Counted from the stretch's first letter, positions 16,927-25,450 are shown. The stretch: 34,820 nt of DNA from an uncultured bacterium (GCA_964548195.1 CAZJQC010000014.1:1-34820), one strand, 5' to 3'. Numbers and translations: made by a program. Notes: generated by a model not told the origin, from the letters alone.

Positions 16927-18710
16927 TCCAGCACCACCGGTTTCAGTTTGCCGAGGTCAGCCTGAAAACAGCGCAAAGCCCCCTTCTCGTCTCCTGCGAT
17001 GACCATCCCGCCGGCATAAAGCGGCTTGCCGTACACCGGGGCCGTCATCGGGGCTTTCCATATCAGGCCGCCGTCTTCCCTGTTTAAAGCATATATGTTT
17101 CCGTCATAACTTCCAATGTATAATATACCCTCGTGTATCTCCGCGCCGGACAGCACTGCATCTCCGGTCTGATACTCCCAGCGTATCGCGCCCGATTTTG
17201 CGTCAAGGCAATATACCTTTCCGTTCTCGCATCCGAAATAAACACATCCCGAGTCAAAGGTGACAAGCCCTGATATCTCCTTGCCGCAGGCCGTTTTCCA
17301 TAGCATGTTGCCGTTTGCGACGCTCAGTGCGTAAAGGAAACCGTCATCGGCTCCGACAAACACCATCCCCGCACCTTCCGCGGGAGAGGAGTATATGTCG
17401 GACCCCACGTGCATCCTCCAGACCTGTTTTCCGGTATCCCGGCTGACAGCGTAGACATTTCTGTCGAGAGATGCGGCTATCACCTTGTCGCCGGCCAGAA
17501 GAGGGGCGCTCCAGATAACACTTTTAGTGGGAAATTTCCACTTTGTCGCCGCATTCGCCTTATCCACCGCATATATGTATCCGTCCGTTGAGACAAAATA
17601 TATGTTTTCCCGGTCGCTGACAGCATGTGTGATGATCCTGCGTCCGGTACGGTATTTCCATATGATCGCGCCATCCTTGAGTGAGAGCTTGTACATGTAG
17701 CCCTTATATGTGCCCAGGAAAACCGAATCGCCGTCTATGAGCGGCCGTGCGGCTATGCCGTAGGCCATGCGCGTTCTCCACTTCAGTTCCATTTCCGGTT
17801 TTGAATAGGCGTAAAGATATGTGTCTTTTGAAGCGACCAGCACCATGCCCTCCCCCTCCGCGGGAGATGAGGTCACACTGCCGTCGAAATGTTTTTCCCA
17901 CAGGATCTTGTGCTCCAGGGGAAAATTGCCCTTAAGGACTTTTATGTCAGGACGTTTCGGATCCGGATCCGCGGGCCGCACGGGGTCTTCCTTTACAATA
18001 TGCCGTCCGGGTTCTATACGCCTTGACAGCATCATCGCGACTGCCGCCAGAAGCACGCTGATGACCAGGGCAAACAAAAGCACCCGGACATTCACCAATC
18101 TTTTTTTCGCCGGAAACTCGGACGATATGTTGATCACCTGTGAATTGACTATGCCGTCGGAGTCATAGGACCTTTTTGACAACTCGCTTGCGGCCAGCTG
18201 CACCGTGTACTCTTCAAGCACATCGGTCAAAATACGCTCGCTCAGTGATTCTTCGACATTTTCGGAGACAACGGTGATGCGGTCACCCGGCAGCACCTGG
18301 AATTCGCCAAACTGCACGTCACCCTCAAAATGCATCTTGTCGTTGTCGGGGCCGTTTATGCGTTTCAGCTCTTCCCGCCTTGTGACAAAACCCCGATAAT
18401 GGTCGGTGGCGGCAAAATATAAAGTCCTGTTAGTCAATATGCCTATAAAAAAATCCCCGTCAAGGCCCGAAGAACGGACGGCCATCTTCAGCGAAAAAAG
18501 TTTTTTCTTGTCGTTCGCTGAAACGGCATAATCGCCCAATGTCTCTCTGATATCGTCATGCTGGTTCAAAGGATCCGAGATGACAGAAAAAAGGAAACCT
18601 CTTTTCTTGAACTCCGGCACATCCTCCGCATAATGATAATGAAAATGTTTCTTTCCCTCATCTTCGGTTTTGGGGGAAGCTTCGCCTACCAACACCGGAT
18701 ACATGGTCAT
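16923..18710 (-). CDS. Single-pass membrane protein: degenerate PP2C-like N-domain, TM, PQQ-like (BamB-like) beta-propeller
   Basis: About eight repeats of the SSP..G.V.VG..DG.LYA...G...W type after TM VLLFALVISVLLAAVAMML; the N-domain has PP2C-like segments (PGDRITVVSENV). AGGAGG SD. Confidence 0.8.
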   Translation of the reverse strand: MTMYPVLVGEASPKTEDEGKKHFHYHYAEDVPEFKKRGFLFSVISDPLNQHDDIRETLGDYAVSANDKKKLFSLKMAVRSSGLDGDFFIGILTNRTLYFAATDHYRGFVTRREELKRINGPDNDKMHFEGDVQFGEFQVLPGDRITVVSENVEESLSERILTDVLEEYTVQLAASELSKRSYDSDGIVNSQVINISSEFPAKKRLVNVRVLLFALVISVLLAAVAMMLSRRIEPGRHIVKEDPVRPADPDPKRPDIKVLKGNFPLEHKILWEKHFDGSVTSSPAEGEGMVLVASKDTYLYAYSKPEMELKWRTRMAYGIAARPLIDGDSVFLGTYKGYMYKLSLKDGAIIWKYRTGRRIITHAVSDRENIYFVSTDGYIYAVDKANAATKWKFPTKSVIWSAPLLAGDKVIAASLDRNVYAVSRDTGKQVWRMHVGSDIYSSPAEGAGMVFVGADDGFLYALSVANGNMLWKTACGKEISGLVTFDSGCVYFGCENGKVYCLDAKSGAIRWEYQTGDAVLSGAEIHEGILYIGSYDGNIYALNREDGGLIWKAPMTAPVYGKPLYAGGMVIAGDEKGALRCFQADLGKLKPVVLE

Positions 18711-18793
18711 AAGCCCTCCTCCTTAAGGCAATTATATATTAATAACTCACCATTTCAAGACATTTCACCTCATTGGCCATCCGTAGCTTTAAC

Positions 18794-18821
18794 TTGCAAT
18801 CGGCCCGATTCCGGATATACT
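18794..18821 (+). promoter_or_regulatory. Putative promoter giving a leaderless transcript
   Basis: TTGCAA (18794-18799), 16 nt, TATACT (18816-18821); ATG at 18828 with no SD. Confidence 0.55.
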
Positions 18822-18827
18822 CGGTAT

Positions 18828-20327
18828 ATGGGATTTATAACCTTACTGACTGCTTTGAGCACGGGCGTATTTTCACCAGGCGGCGGTTTCGGGGGCTTTT
18901 TCGAGTCGCTGGCCCTGTTGTCGGGGACCTTGTCCTCATCCACGGCCGCCAAATATGTCGCTTCGGCCAATGCGGTATGGCTCTCGGGATATGTGCTTTT
19001 TTTTTCCGCGATGACAGTGATCATCTCCGTAGGGTTCAAATATCTCGACACGGCTAAATTCAGGATGCTGAGGACCTTTTACATCAACCCCCTCTCGCCC
19101 GCATATGTCTTTATATTTGACACCCTTTTTTCATTGGCCTTCTTTTTGGGCGGATGGCTTCCCCTTACATATATCAACATACATAATTTCAAAAAAAAGG
19201 AAATACTCTTCATATCGCTCTGTCTGGCGGTAACGATCGTGCCTTTTTTTATCATGGCCACCTTCCCTTCTTTTTTTGACGGCCTGGCAGCCGGCTCACC
19301 CGTCAAGATACTTGAAAGTTATGACAAATGGGAAAAAGACGGCGTGTTTAAGCAAATACCCTATGATGAGACCGCGAAGAAATTCGCCCTGACCCATTAT
19401 TTGAGAGCCGAATATCTGAAGGCGGAACCCTCGTCCGGCAAGACGCGCTACGGCCTGGCGGCTGCGAGCATAGAGTCCGCCATGGAGGCGGGTCTTCAGC
19501 ACCCGTCGGTATACAACAGCTACGGCAACGCCATGCTTCTGTCCGGCAACGCAAAAAAAGCACTGTACAGCTACAACGAGGCATTGAGAAAAAGGCCGGA
19601 AGACCCTGTGATACTCTTCAACATATCACAGTACTATCTTTATATTGACGATTATAACAGCGCGCGCACATACTATGACAAAGCTTTCAGCCTCAAGGGC
19701 GAACTGGAGCTCCCCGTGCTGGACTGGGACAATATCGTGCTGCTTGAGATGCGGCTCCCGCCCGGCGCGGCCCTTTCGAGCGTATACAAGAACATGATGA
19801 CGGTAAAATTTCGTGAGAAGGCCTTCTCAATAAAAAAGATGGTGCTGATCCCGTCTGTCATACTTTTACTCTTTGTTTCCATACTGCTGCTCGCGCCATT
19901 CACCGGTTACTGGGCTTCCTTTGTAAAATGCGACTCCTGCGGCGACCCGATTATAGCCGGGGGCGCAAGCACGGCAAGAAAGGGCGTCATCCTCTGCGCG
20001 GCGTGCAATTTCATGCTTCCCGACACACGAGGGCCCGGAAGCCGCCCCCGCAAAGACATACCCGGGCGCATGAAGAACTTCAAATCGCTTATGATAAACC
20101 TCGTTTTCCCGGGATGCGGATACATATTGCGCGGCCGCATTGTATCAGGTTTTTTCTGGATACTACTGACCGCGGTATTTCTGATGACAGCGCTTTACGC
20201 GGGTAATTTCATGCTGGTCAGCGCGCGTACGGTCAACGCCCTGCGAAAAGCGGCTCTGTTCTATCCGCTTATCTCGCTGCTGTCCTCCGTGCTGCTGTTG
20301 TTCATCCCGCAAAGGAGGGCCGGATGA
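18828..20327 (+). CDS. Polytopic membrane protein with TPRs and a CxxC...CxxC zinc finger
   Basis: Several N-terminal hydrophobic segments, TPRs (YNSYGNAMLLSGNAKKALYSYNEALRKRPED), a TM, CDSC..CAAC, then FPGCGYILRG and further TMs. The track start at 18558 overlaps the divergent gene, so ATG 18828 is preferred. Confidence 0.75.
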   Translation: MGFITLLTALSTGVFSPGGGFGGFFESLALLSGTLSSSTAAKYVASANAVWLSGYVLFFSAMTVIISVGFKYLDTAKFRMLRTFYINPLSPAYVFIFDTLFSLAFFLGGWLPLTYINIHNFKKKEILFISLCLAVTIVPFFIMATFPSFFDGLAAGSPVKILESYDKWEKDGVFKQIPYDETAKKFALTHYLRAEYLKAEPSSGKTRYGLAAASIESAMEAGLQHPSVYNSYGNAMLLSGNAKKALYSYNEALRKRPEDPVILFNISQYYLYIDDYNSARTYYDKAFSLKGELELPVLDWDNIVLLEMRLPPGAALSSVYKNMMTVKFREKAFSIKKMVLIPSVILLLFVSILLLAPFTGYWASFVKCDSCGDPIIAGGASTARKGVILCAACNFMLPDTRGPGSRPRKDIPGRMKNFKSLMINLVFPGCGYILRGRIVSGFFWILLTAVFLMTALYAGNFMLVSARTVNALRKAALFYPLISLLSSVLLLFIPQRRAG

Positions 20328-21658
20328 ACACACAATGGCAGCAATATGATCCGGCTACTTTCAGAAAAGCGGTGGAAAACATCTCCCTTCTCGAAAAGAC
20401 GGGTATATTACTGATAGAGGACCAGGACCGCGAAGAGGAGAAGAAGTATTACTTTTATCTGAAAAACGGCGAGATCATATATATAAAGGAACATCCGGTC
20501 GATTCAGACAGGAGGATAGGTAACGTCCTGATAAACAGGAAATACCTCTCGGAAGAACAGCTCGCCTCGACACTGCTTATTCAGCAGAACAACAAATACG
20601 AGTTTTTGGGAGACCTGCTGCTGAAACAGGGCTATATCACGCCGCCGGAGCTGCTGGATACGTTGACATATCAGATAGAGAACATGATCTTTCAGATCTC
20701 CTTTATATCCGCGGGCCGTTTTACTTTTGCGCAGGGCGAGATGCCCGAAAGGATGCCTCAAATACCTTATACGATAACACTGAGCAATCTGCTCAAGATA
20801 TTCATCTCATCCTGTGATATGAAAAGAAAATATGACTTCCTGGACGACTCTTTCTCCCAATATTTTAAAGCCAGGCCGGAAGCGCTGGAGATGGCGAACA
20901 ACAGCATGGAGCGCGGCATAATAGAGCTGATAAACAAAAGACACAATATTAAGGGCATATTCGACAAAATGCCGTTCCACAATTATTCATCCACTCTGAC
21001 GACTTTACTCGCATTACTTGAACAAGGTGCGATATCACTGTATGAAGGGAGTAGGCCGGCGCCAGTGGCGGCAAAAACAGCGTCAGAAGCCGCAAAACCC
21101 GCGGCCGCATCCCTGTACGACATGAACCGCACCATCGACGAGGCCCTTAAAGCCGCAGAAACTCCGAAAAAGGAGGAAAAGACCCGCAAATCGGCCAAAC
21201 CCGCCGGCGGAACTTACATGGAGCGTAATGAAAAGAGAAAAACACCGCGCATCATTCAAAAACCTGATTTGCCCGCCGCAAAACCCGCGGCGCGGACAAG
21301 GGCTGCGGCATTTAACCGAAAACCGCTACCCAGACCCGGCTATAAAAATCCGGCGCCCGGAAAATATGTTTTCGCCAGGATCGTCTCATTCCTGCTGGTC
21401 TTTCTGCTGCTTACTTTATACATAAGCATCCTGCTTCCCTTTATATCGAGTTATGTCATCAGCAAGACGATTTACACTTCGCCCGAATTCAGCTTGAAAC
21501 TAAAGACATTGCGGACCGCGGACGCGCTGCGTGCGGCTGCAGAAGGTGAATATCCGGCAACTGACGGATGGGGGAGACTCGTGGAGATGCGGGAAGGGCG
21601 TCCCGTCTCGGCGGGGCCGGACGGGGTCTTTGACACAGAAGATGACATCATTCAATAG
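20324..21658 (+). CDS. DUF4388/PatA_N-like protein with tandem MshEN-like motif, low-complexity linker, TM and GspG-like C-terminal motif
   Basis: KTGILLI..YFYLKNGEII; RIGNVLI..Q and FLGDLLL..Q repeats; GRFTF; C-terminal DGWG..SAGPDGVFDTEDDI. AGGAGG SD and ATGA overlap with the upstream gene. Confidence 0.75.
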   Translation: MNTQWQQYDPATFRKAVENISLLEKTGILLIEDQDREEEKKYYFYLKNGEIIYIKEHPVDSDRRIGNVLINRKYLSEEQLASTLLIQQNNKYEFLGDLLLKQGYITPPELLDTLTYQIENMIFQISFISAGRFTFAQGEMPERMPQIPYTITLSNLLKIFISSCDMKRKYDFLDDSFSQYFKARPEALEMANNSMERGIIELINKRHNIKGIFDKMPFHNYSSTLTTLLALLEQGAISLYEGSRPAPVAAKTASEAAKPAAASLYDMNRTIDEALKAAETPKKEEKTRKSAKPAGGTYMERNEKRKTPRIIQKPDLPAAKPAARTRAAAFNRKPLPRPGYKNPAPGKYVFARIVSFLLVFLLLTLYISILLPFISSYVISKTIYTSPEFSLKLKTLRTADALRAAAEGEYPATDGWGRLVEMREGRPVSAGPDGVFDTEDDIIQ

Positions 21659-21675
21659 TTCGCGCCTGCGGCTGT

Positions 21676-23016
21676 TCAAAACCTGCCGTCATCATCGTCT
21701 ATGGGGTTCACATGCCCGGCCATGTTGACCAGGTCTCTTGAAAGTCTCTTCAGGCGGTCTTTAAGGACAACGGGACAATCATATATGGTGACGTCGCTGT
21801 TTATTATTATGTCCTCGGCCAGATTGTAACAGGTGGGGCTTCCGCACATGCCGCAGTTCAGCTGCGGCAGCAGCCTGTTGACCTCTTCTATTTTTTTCAT
21901 CTTTTTAAGCGCTTCCTTTATATCCTTGTCGAGAGGGCTGATCGGCCGCGGTTTCAACGGGATACGTATGGAACAGATCTCATCGCGGTCAAACGGCAGC
22001 TCAAGATCAAGCTGCGGCGGAAGGGAATCCGCGATCCTCCGCACTCTGTATTCTCCGATAAAAGCGTCTTCCTTGGTAAACGCGCCTCCGACGCAGGCAT
22101 TGTCGCATGAGTACATGTCCACAAAATCTATATCCTTGATCTCGCCGTTTTCCAGCCTTTCGAGGAATTTGATCACATTCTGAATGCCGTCTATGCGCAG
22201 GTTTACGGATTCGTCGAATTTGCTTTCAACATCGCCGAGCGCGCTCCATCTCAAAGCGAATTTTGAGGACATCACGTCTTCCTCTATATTGAAATCCGAA
22301 AAGTCCTGTTTTTCCATTATGCGCCGTATCTCGTTATACATATCACCAAGGCTGAAAACACCGTCAAATATCCGTTTTTCCTCGGCTTCAGGCTGATATA
22401 TGGCAACGACTTTCGCGGGACAGGGGGAAAGGTAAAAAAGCCCGATCTTGTCGGATGCGGCCCCCGTCTCTTCCATATATTTGTATCTGAGGTATTCGCC
22501 GGCAACGTCCATAAGGTTTCTAAGAGGCAGGAGGTGATTGATCAGCGACGGAAATTTTACCTGTATGAGCCTTACCACGGCAGGGCAATTTGTTGAGATA
22601 TAGGGCCTGTAGATGTTCTTCCTGTCGGCGAGAAAGTTTTTTATTATGTCTGATATGATGACGCCGCCCGTATCCACGCCTATGATCGAGTCAAAGCCCA
22701 GCAGTTTGAATATGCCCAGTATTTTGCGGTAATTTTCGTATTTCCTGAATTGCCCCAGAAAGACCGGTGAAAACACCAGCAGTTTGTGTTCATACGGGTC
22801 GATGACGTCAAGCGCGTCAACCTTGGAGGATATGGCTTTCTGCGGGCATACATTCATGCATTGCCCGCAATCTATGCATTTTGCCTCCAGTATATTGGCC
22901 TTGCCATGCCGTATGCGCAACGCCTGGGTCGGACATACGCGCAGACACCTTGTGCAACCGTTGCATTTGTCTTTGTCAATATAAACGGCATGAAAATAAT
23001 CCAACATACCAGTCAC
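21676..23016 (-). CDS. [FeFe]-hydrogenase-like protein, group D (HfsB-like) type: 2x[4Fe-4S], H-cluster domain, C-terminal FeS
   Basis: CNGCTRCLRVCP and CIDCGQCMNVCP; L1 STNCPAVV, L2 SPCPAK, L3 MYSCDNACVGG; C-terminal CGMCGSPTC..CP. Start is GTG 23016 or ATG 23007. Confidence 0.85.
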   Translation of the reverse strand: MTGMLDYFHAVYIDKDKCNGCTRCLRVCPTQALRIRHGKANILEAKCIDCGQCMNVCPQKAISSKVDALDVIDPYEHKLLVFSPVFLGQFRKYENYRKILGIFKLLGFDSIIGVDTGGVIISDIIKNFLADRKNIYRPYISTNCPAVVRLIQVKFPSLINHLLPLRNLMDVAGEYLRYKYMEETGAASDKIGLFYLSPCPAKVVAIYQPEAEEKRIFDGVFSLGDMYNEIRRIMEKQDFSDFNIEEDVMSSKFALRWSALGDVESKFDESVNLRIDGIQNVIKFLERLENGEIKDIDFVDMYSCDNACVGGAFTKEDAFIGEYRVRRIADSLPPQLDLELPFDRDEICSIRIPLKPRPISPLDKDIKEALKKMKKIEEVNRLLPQLNCGMCGSPTCYNLAEDIIINSDVTIYDCPVVLKDRLKRLSRDLVNMAGHVNPIDDDDGRF

Positions 23017-23020
23017 CGCC

Positions 23021-23440
23021 TCACTGAATAAAAAACACCATCTTGACCTGAGTGCCCCGGTCCACCTCGCTTGCTATCTCCATCTCATCGCTGTTTCTTT
23101 TGATGTTCGGCAGTCCCATTCCCGCGCCGAAGCCCATTTCCCTGACCTCCGGACTCGCGGTCGAAAAACCCTCTTCCATCGCCTGGTCTATGTCGGGTAT
23201 ACCCGGCCCCTTGTCCTCGACGATGACCTCCACTTTATTCTCATCCATATAAAAATAGATCTTGCCCTCATAGGCATGAGCCACCACATTAAGTTCCGCC
23301 TCATAAGCGGCTATAAGGACTCTTCGTATAAAATTGGGCGGAAGCCCGATCTTTTTAAAATACTGCTTTACCACACCGGCAGACTCTCCCGCATTAAGAA
23401 AGTCCCCGCCCTGTATGTCAAAATCCATCAATAAATCCAT
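23021..23440 (-). CDS. RsbT/anti-sigma-type Ser/Thr kinase (HATPase_c)
   Basis: AAYEAELNVVAHA (N-box), DKGPGIPDIDQAMEEGFST, GAGMGLPN. Confidence 0.88.
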   Translation of the reverse strand: MDLLMDFDIQGGDFLNAGESAGVVKQYFKKIGLPPNFIRRVLIAAYEAELNVVAHAYEGKIYFYMDENKVEVIVEDKGPGIPDIDQAMEEGFSTASPEVREMGFGAGMGLPNIKRNSDEMEIASEVDRGTQVKMVFFIQ

Positions 23441-23448
23441 GGCAACCC

Positions 23449-24000
23449 CTATTCGTCTATCCCGGCTTCCGCAAGGCCGCCGCGTATATCCTCTTCGAGG
23501 ACTTTCAGCACCTCCGGAGTGCTCAGGTTTATATCCCCCAGCACCTGCCGCACCACCCTGGTGTCAAAATCATACTTCTTTCCGTCATTGTTCACGGAAA
23601 AATACAAGTCTGAGTCAGGATGCCCTACTATAATCGAAATAAAAGTGTCTGTCAAATTGCCAAGGGGCGGCCTGTCTATATGGCTAAGCTTCATCTCCGC
23701 GTCGACCCTGGTAAAAACACCTTTTTCCGAAGTGATGGTAAAATGCCCGCCGCTTTGTTCCGCGGTCTGCTTGAACAGCGGTATGCCCAGCCCCCACCCT
23801 TTGCCCTGTTTTGTGGAATAAAAAGGGTCAAGAGCCTTGCTTATAGTATCGGTATCCATGCCTTTTCCGTTGTCTACCACCGATATTCCCAGCATATCGG
23901 CAGCCGTGTCCACTGTGAGAAAGACATCAATATGGTATGCTCCGGCCGCCAGGCCGTTTTCAACTATATCCATGATGTGCAATGACAGTTCAGGCATCAT
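23449..24000 (-). CDS. Stand-alone histidine-kinase-like ATPase (HATPase_c)
   Basis: ELSLHIMDIVEN, DNGKGM, DPFYSTK, GLGIPL, HIDRPPLG. AGGAG SD supports ATG 24000. Confidence 0.85.
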   Translation of the reverse strand: MMPELSLHIMDIVENGLAAGAYHIDVFLTVDTAADMLGISVVDNGKGMDTDTISKALDPFYSTKQGKGWGLGIPLFKQTAEQSGGHFTITSEKGVFTRVDAEMKLSHIDRPPLGNLTDTFISIIVGHPDSDLYFSVNNDGKKYDFDTRVVRQVLGDINLSTPEVLKVLEEDIRGGLAEAGIDE

Positions 24001-24727
24001 ATATAATACTCCTGCCGTCTTCATTCCTGAGCGCTTTTCTTATCTCAGCGACTGAAACCGATTCCATAAGGAATTCCGTGTATGCCGAACCTATGTCTTT
24101 GATGTAATGCGCGTCGGAATTGGTGATAAAGGGCATGCCCGCGTATTCCGGAAATCGCTCCCTTGCCTCCCTCAGCGTCATGGCCGCCGAGATCTCCGCT
24201 CCGTCAGCCATCGTGCCCGGAGGTATGAATCCCAGTTGCGACAGCACACTGAAGCTGTCCCTGTCTATATGTGAAAAAAAGGCCAGTCCGTTAAACTCAT
24301 GTGTCCTGGCAATGACTTCCTCTATTTCCATGTCAATGGACTGGATCAGCATCTTTTCTTCAAAACCCAGTATGGATTCATCCGCGTCCACAATCACCTG
24401 ATCCCCGAAAAATTCCGGATCGTTTTTCACGTCGGGGAGATGTTCATAAATGATCTCGCCGAACGCGCGAGCCTCTGAGAGCTCGCCAAAAAGCGTCAGT
24501 ATATGCGTCTCGGACATTGTCTGCACTTCCGCGCCGAAGAGAACGTCGATCCTGCCGCGGGCGGCATCCCGGAACGCTTCAAGGTTTTTCACGCAGTTAT
24601 GGTCCGAAACAGCGATTATATCCAGCTTTCTTTCAAGAGCGGCCCTCACTATATCCGACGGCGACATCTCCAGGCTTCCGCAGGGAGACAGGACGGAGTG
24701 TATGTGAAGGTCCGCTCTAAATCTCAT
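23990..24727 (-). CDS. PHP-domain metal-dependent phosphoesterase
   Basis: DLHIHSVLSPC, SDHN, HIDR, NSDAH. Confidence 0.9.
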   Translation of the reverse strand: MRFRADLHIHSVLSPCGSLEMSPSDIVRAALERKLDIIAVSDHNCVKNLEAFRDAARGRIDVLFGAEVQTMSETHILTLFGELSEARAFGEIIYEHLPDVKNDPEFFGDQVIVDADESILGFEEKMLIQSIDMEIEEVIARTHEFNGLAFFSHIDRDSFSVLSQLGFIPPGTMADGAEISAAMTLREARERFPEYAGMPFITNSDAHYIKDIGSAYTEFLMESVSVAEIRKALRNEDGRSIIYDA

Positions 24728-24734
24728 ACTGACA

Positions 24735-25076
24735 TCAAGTGTTCAGAAAAGCATACAGCCTGCCTGAACAGACAAATGCGTCTTCCTTGGCCGAAAACAC
24801 CGGCACGCCCATCTTTTCGGCCGTTTCGATAAGAGAGTCCTCGGCCTTTATCCCGTTTACGATGACAATCCCGGCGACATCCTTGGCAGTGGCCACGGCA
24901 ATGATGTTCTTATGCCTCTGTATCGTGAACCACAATGATCCGCTCTCGGCGTTCGCAAGCACGTCACTGAGCAGGTCGCCGGCATATCCGCCGCCGACCT
25001 CGATCTCATCCAGGTCATTGCCGCACAATGTTGTCAGATCCAGATGTTTTGCTATATCGGATAATCTCATGTTCAT
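24735..25076 (-). CDS. DRTGG-domain protein
   Basis: GGYAGDLLSDVLA, WFTIQRHKNIIAVA, GRLY. Start ATG 25076 (ATGA overlap) or 25070. Confidence 0.85.
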   Translation of the reverse strand: MNMRLSDIAKHLDLTTLCGNDLDEIEVGGGYAGDLLSDVLANAESGSLWFTIQRHKNIIAVATAKDVAGIVIVNGIKAEDSLIETAEKMGVPVFSAKEDAFVCSGRLYAFLNT

Positions 25077-25441
25077 ACCTCGGTGGCAGGTCTGTTGGTA
25101 CAAGGCCTGATGCCGTTACTGTAGAGTATGCCGCTCACTTCGAACATCGTCTTCTTGGTGACGATGATCGGAATGCTGAGCCTTTTTTTCGCCACGTTCA
25201 TAACATCTTCGGAGGGGATCTTCCCGCGTATGAATATTATACCGGTTATGCCGAGTATTTCAGCCACACGCATGACCTGCAGCGAGACCGTTCCTGTGAT
25301 CAGCAGCGTATCGCCCTCTGTAAGCGCCAGCACGTCACTCAGAAGATCGGCGCTATAAGCCGAATGAATATCCGTATCCGCCGCCGCTTCTCCGGCTATC
25401 AGCTCCCCATCGATTTTCTTCACCAGATCCTTGATAAGCAT
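25073..25441 (-). CDS. DRTGG-domain protein
   Basis: SADLLSDVLA, LLITG, RVAEI, RGKIP, SGILY; GAGGAGG SD. Confidence 0.85.
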   Translation of the reverse strand: MLIKDLVKKIDGELIAGEAAADTDIHSAYSADLLSDVLALTEGDTLLITGTVSLQVMRVAEILGITGIIFIRGKIPSEDVMNVAKKRLSIPIIVTKKTMFEVSGILYSNGIRPCTNRPATEV

Positions 25442-25450
25442 GAGTCCTCC

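Noticed and set aside
16923..17900. Calling the propeller protein BamB or a PQQ dehydrogenase
   Set aside because: It has no lipobox and has an internal TM with a cytoplasmic domain; the repeats alone do not establish either function.
21676..23016. Calling this a catalytic HydA of a bifurcating hydrogenase
   Set aside because: The L1-L3 motifs deviate from group A and no NuoE/NuoF-like subunits are adjacent.
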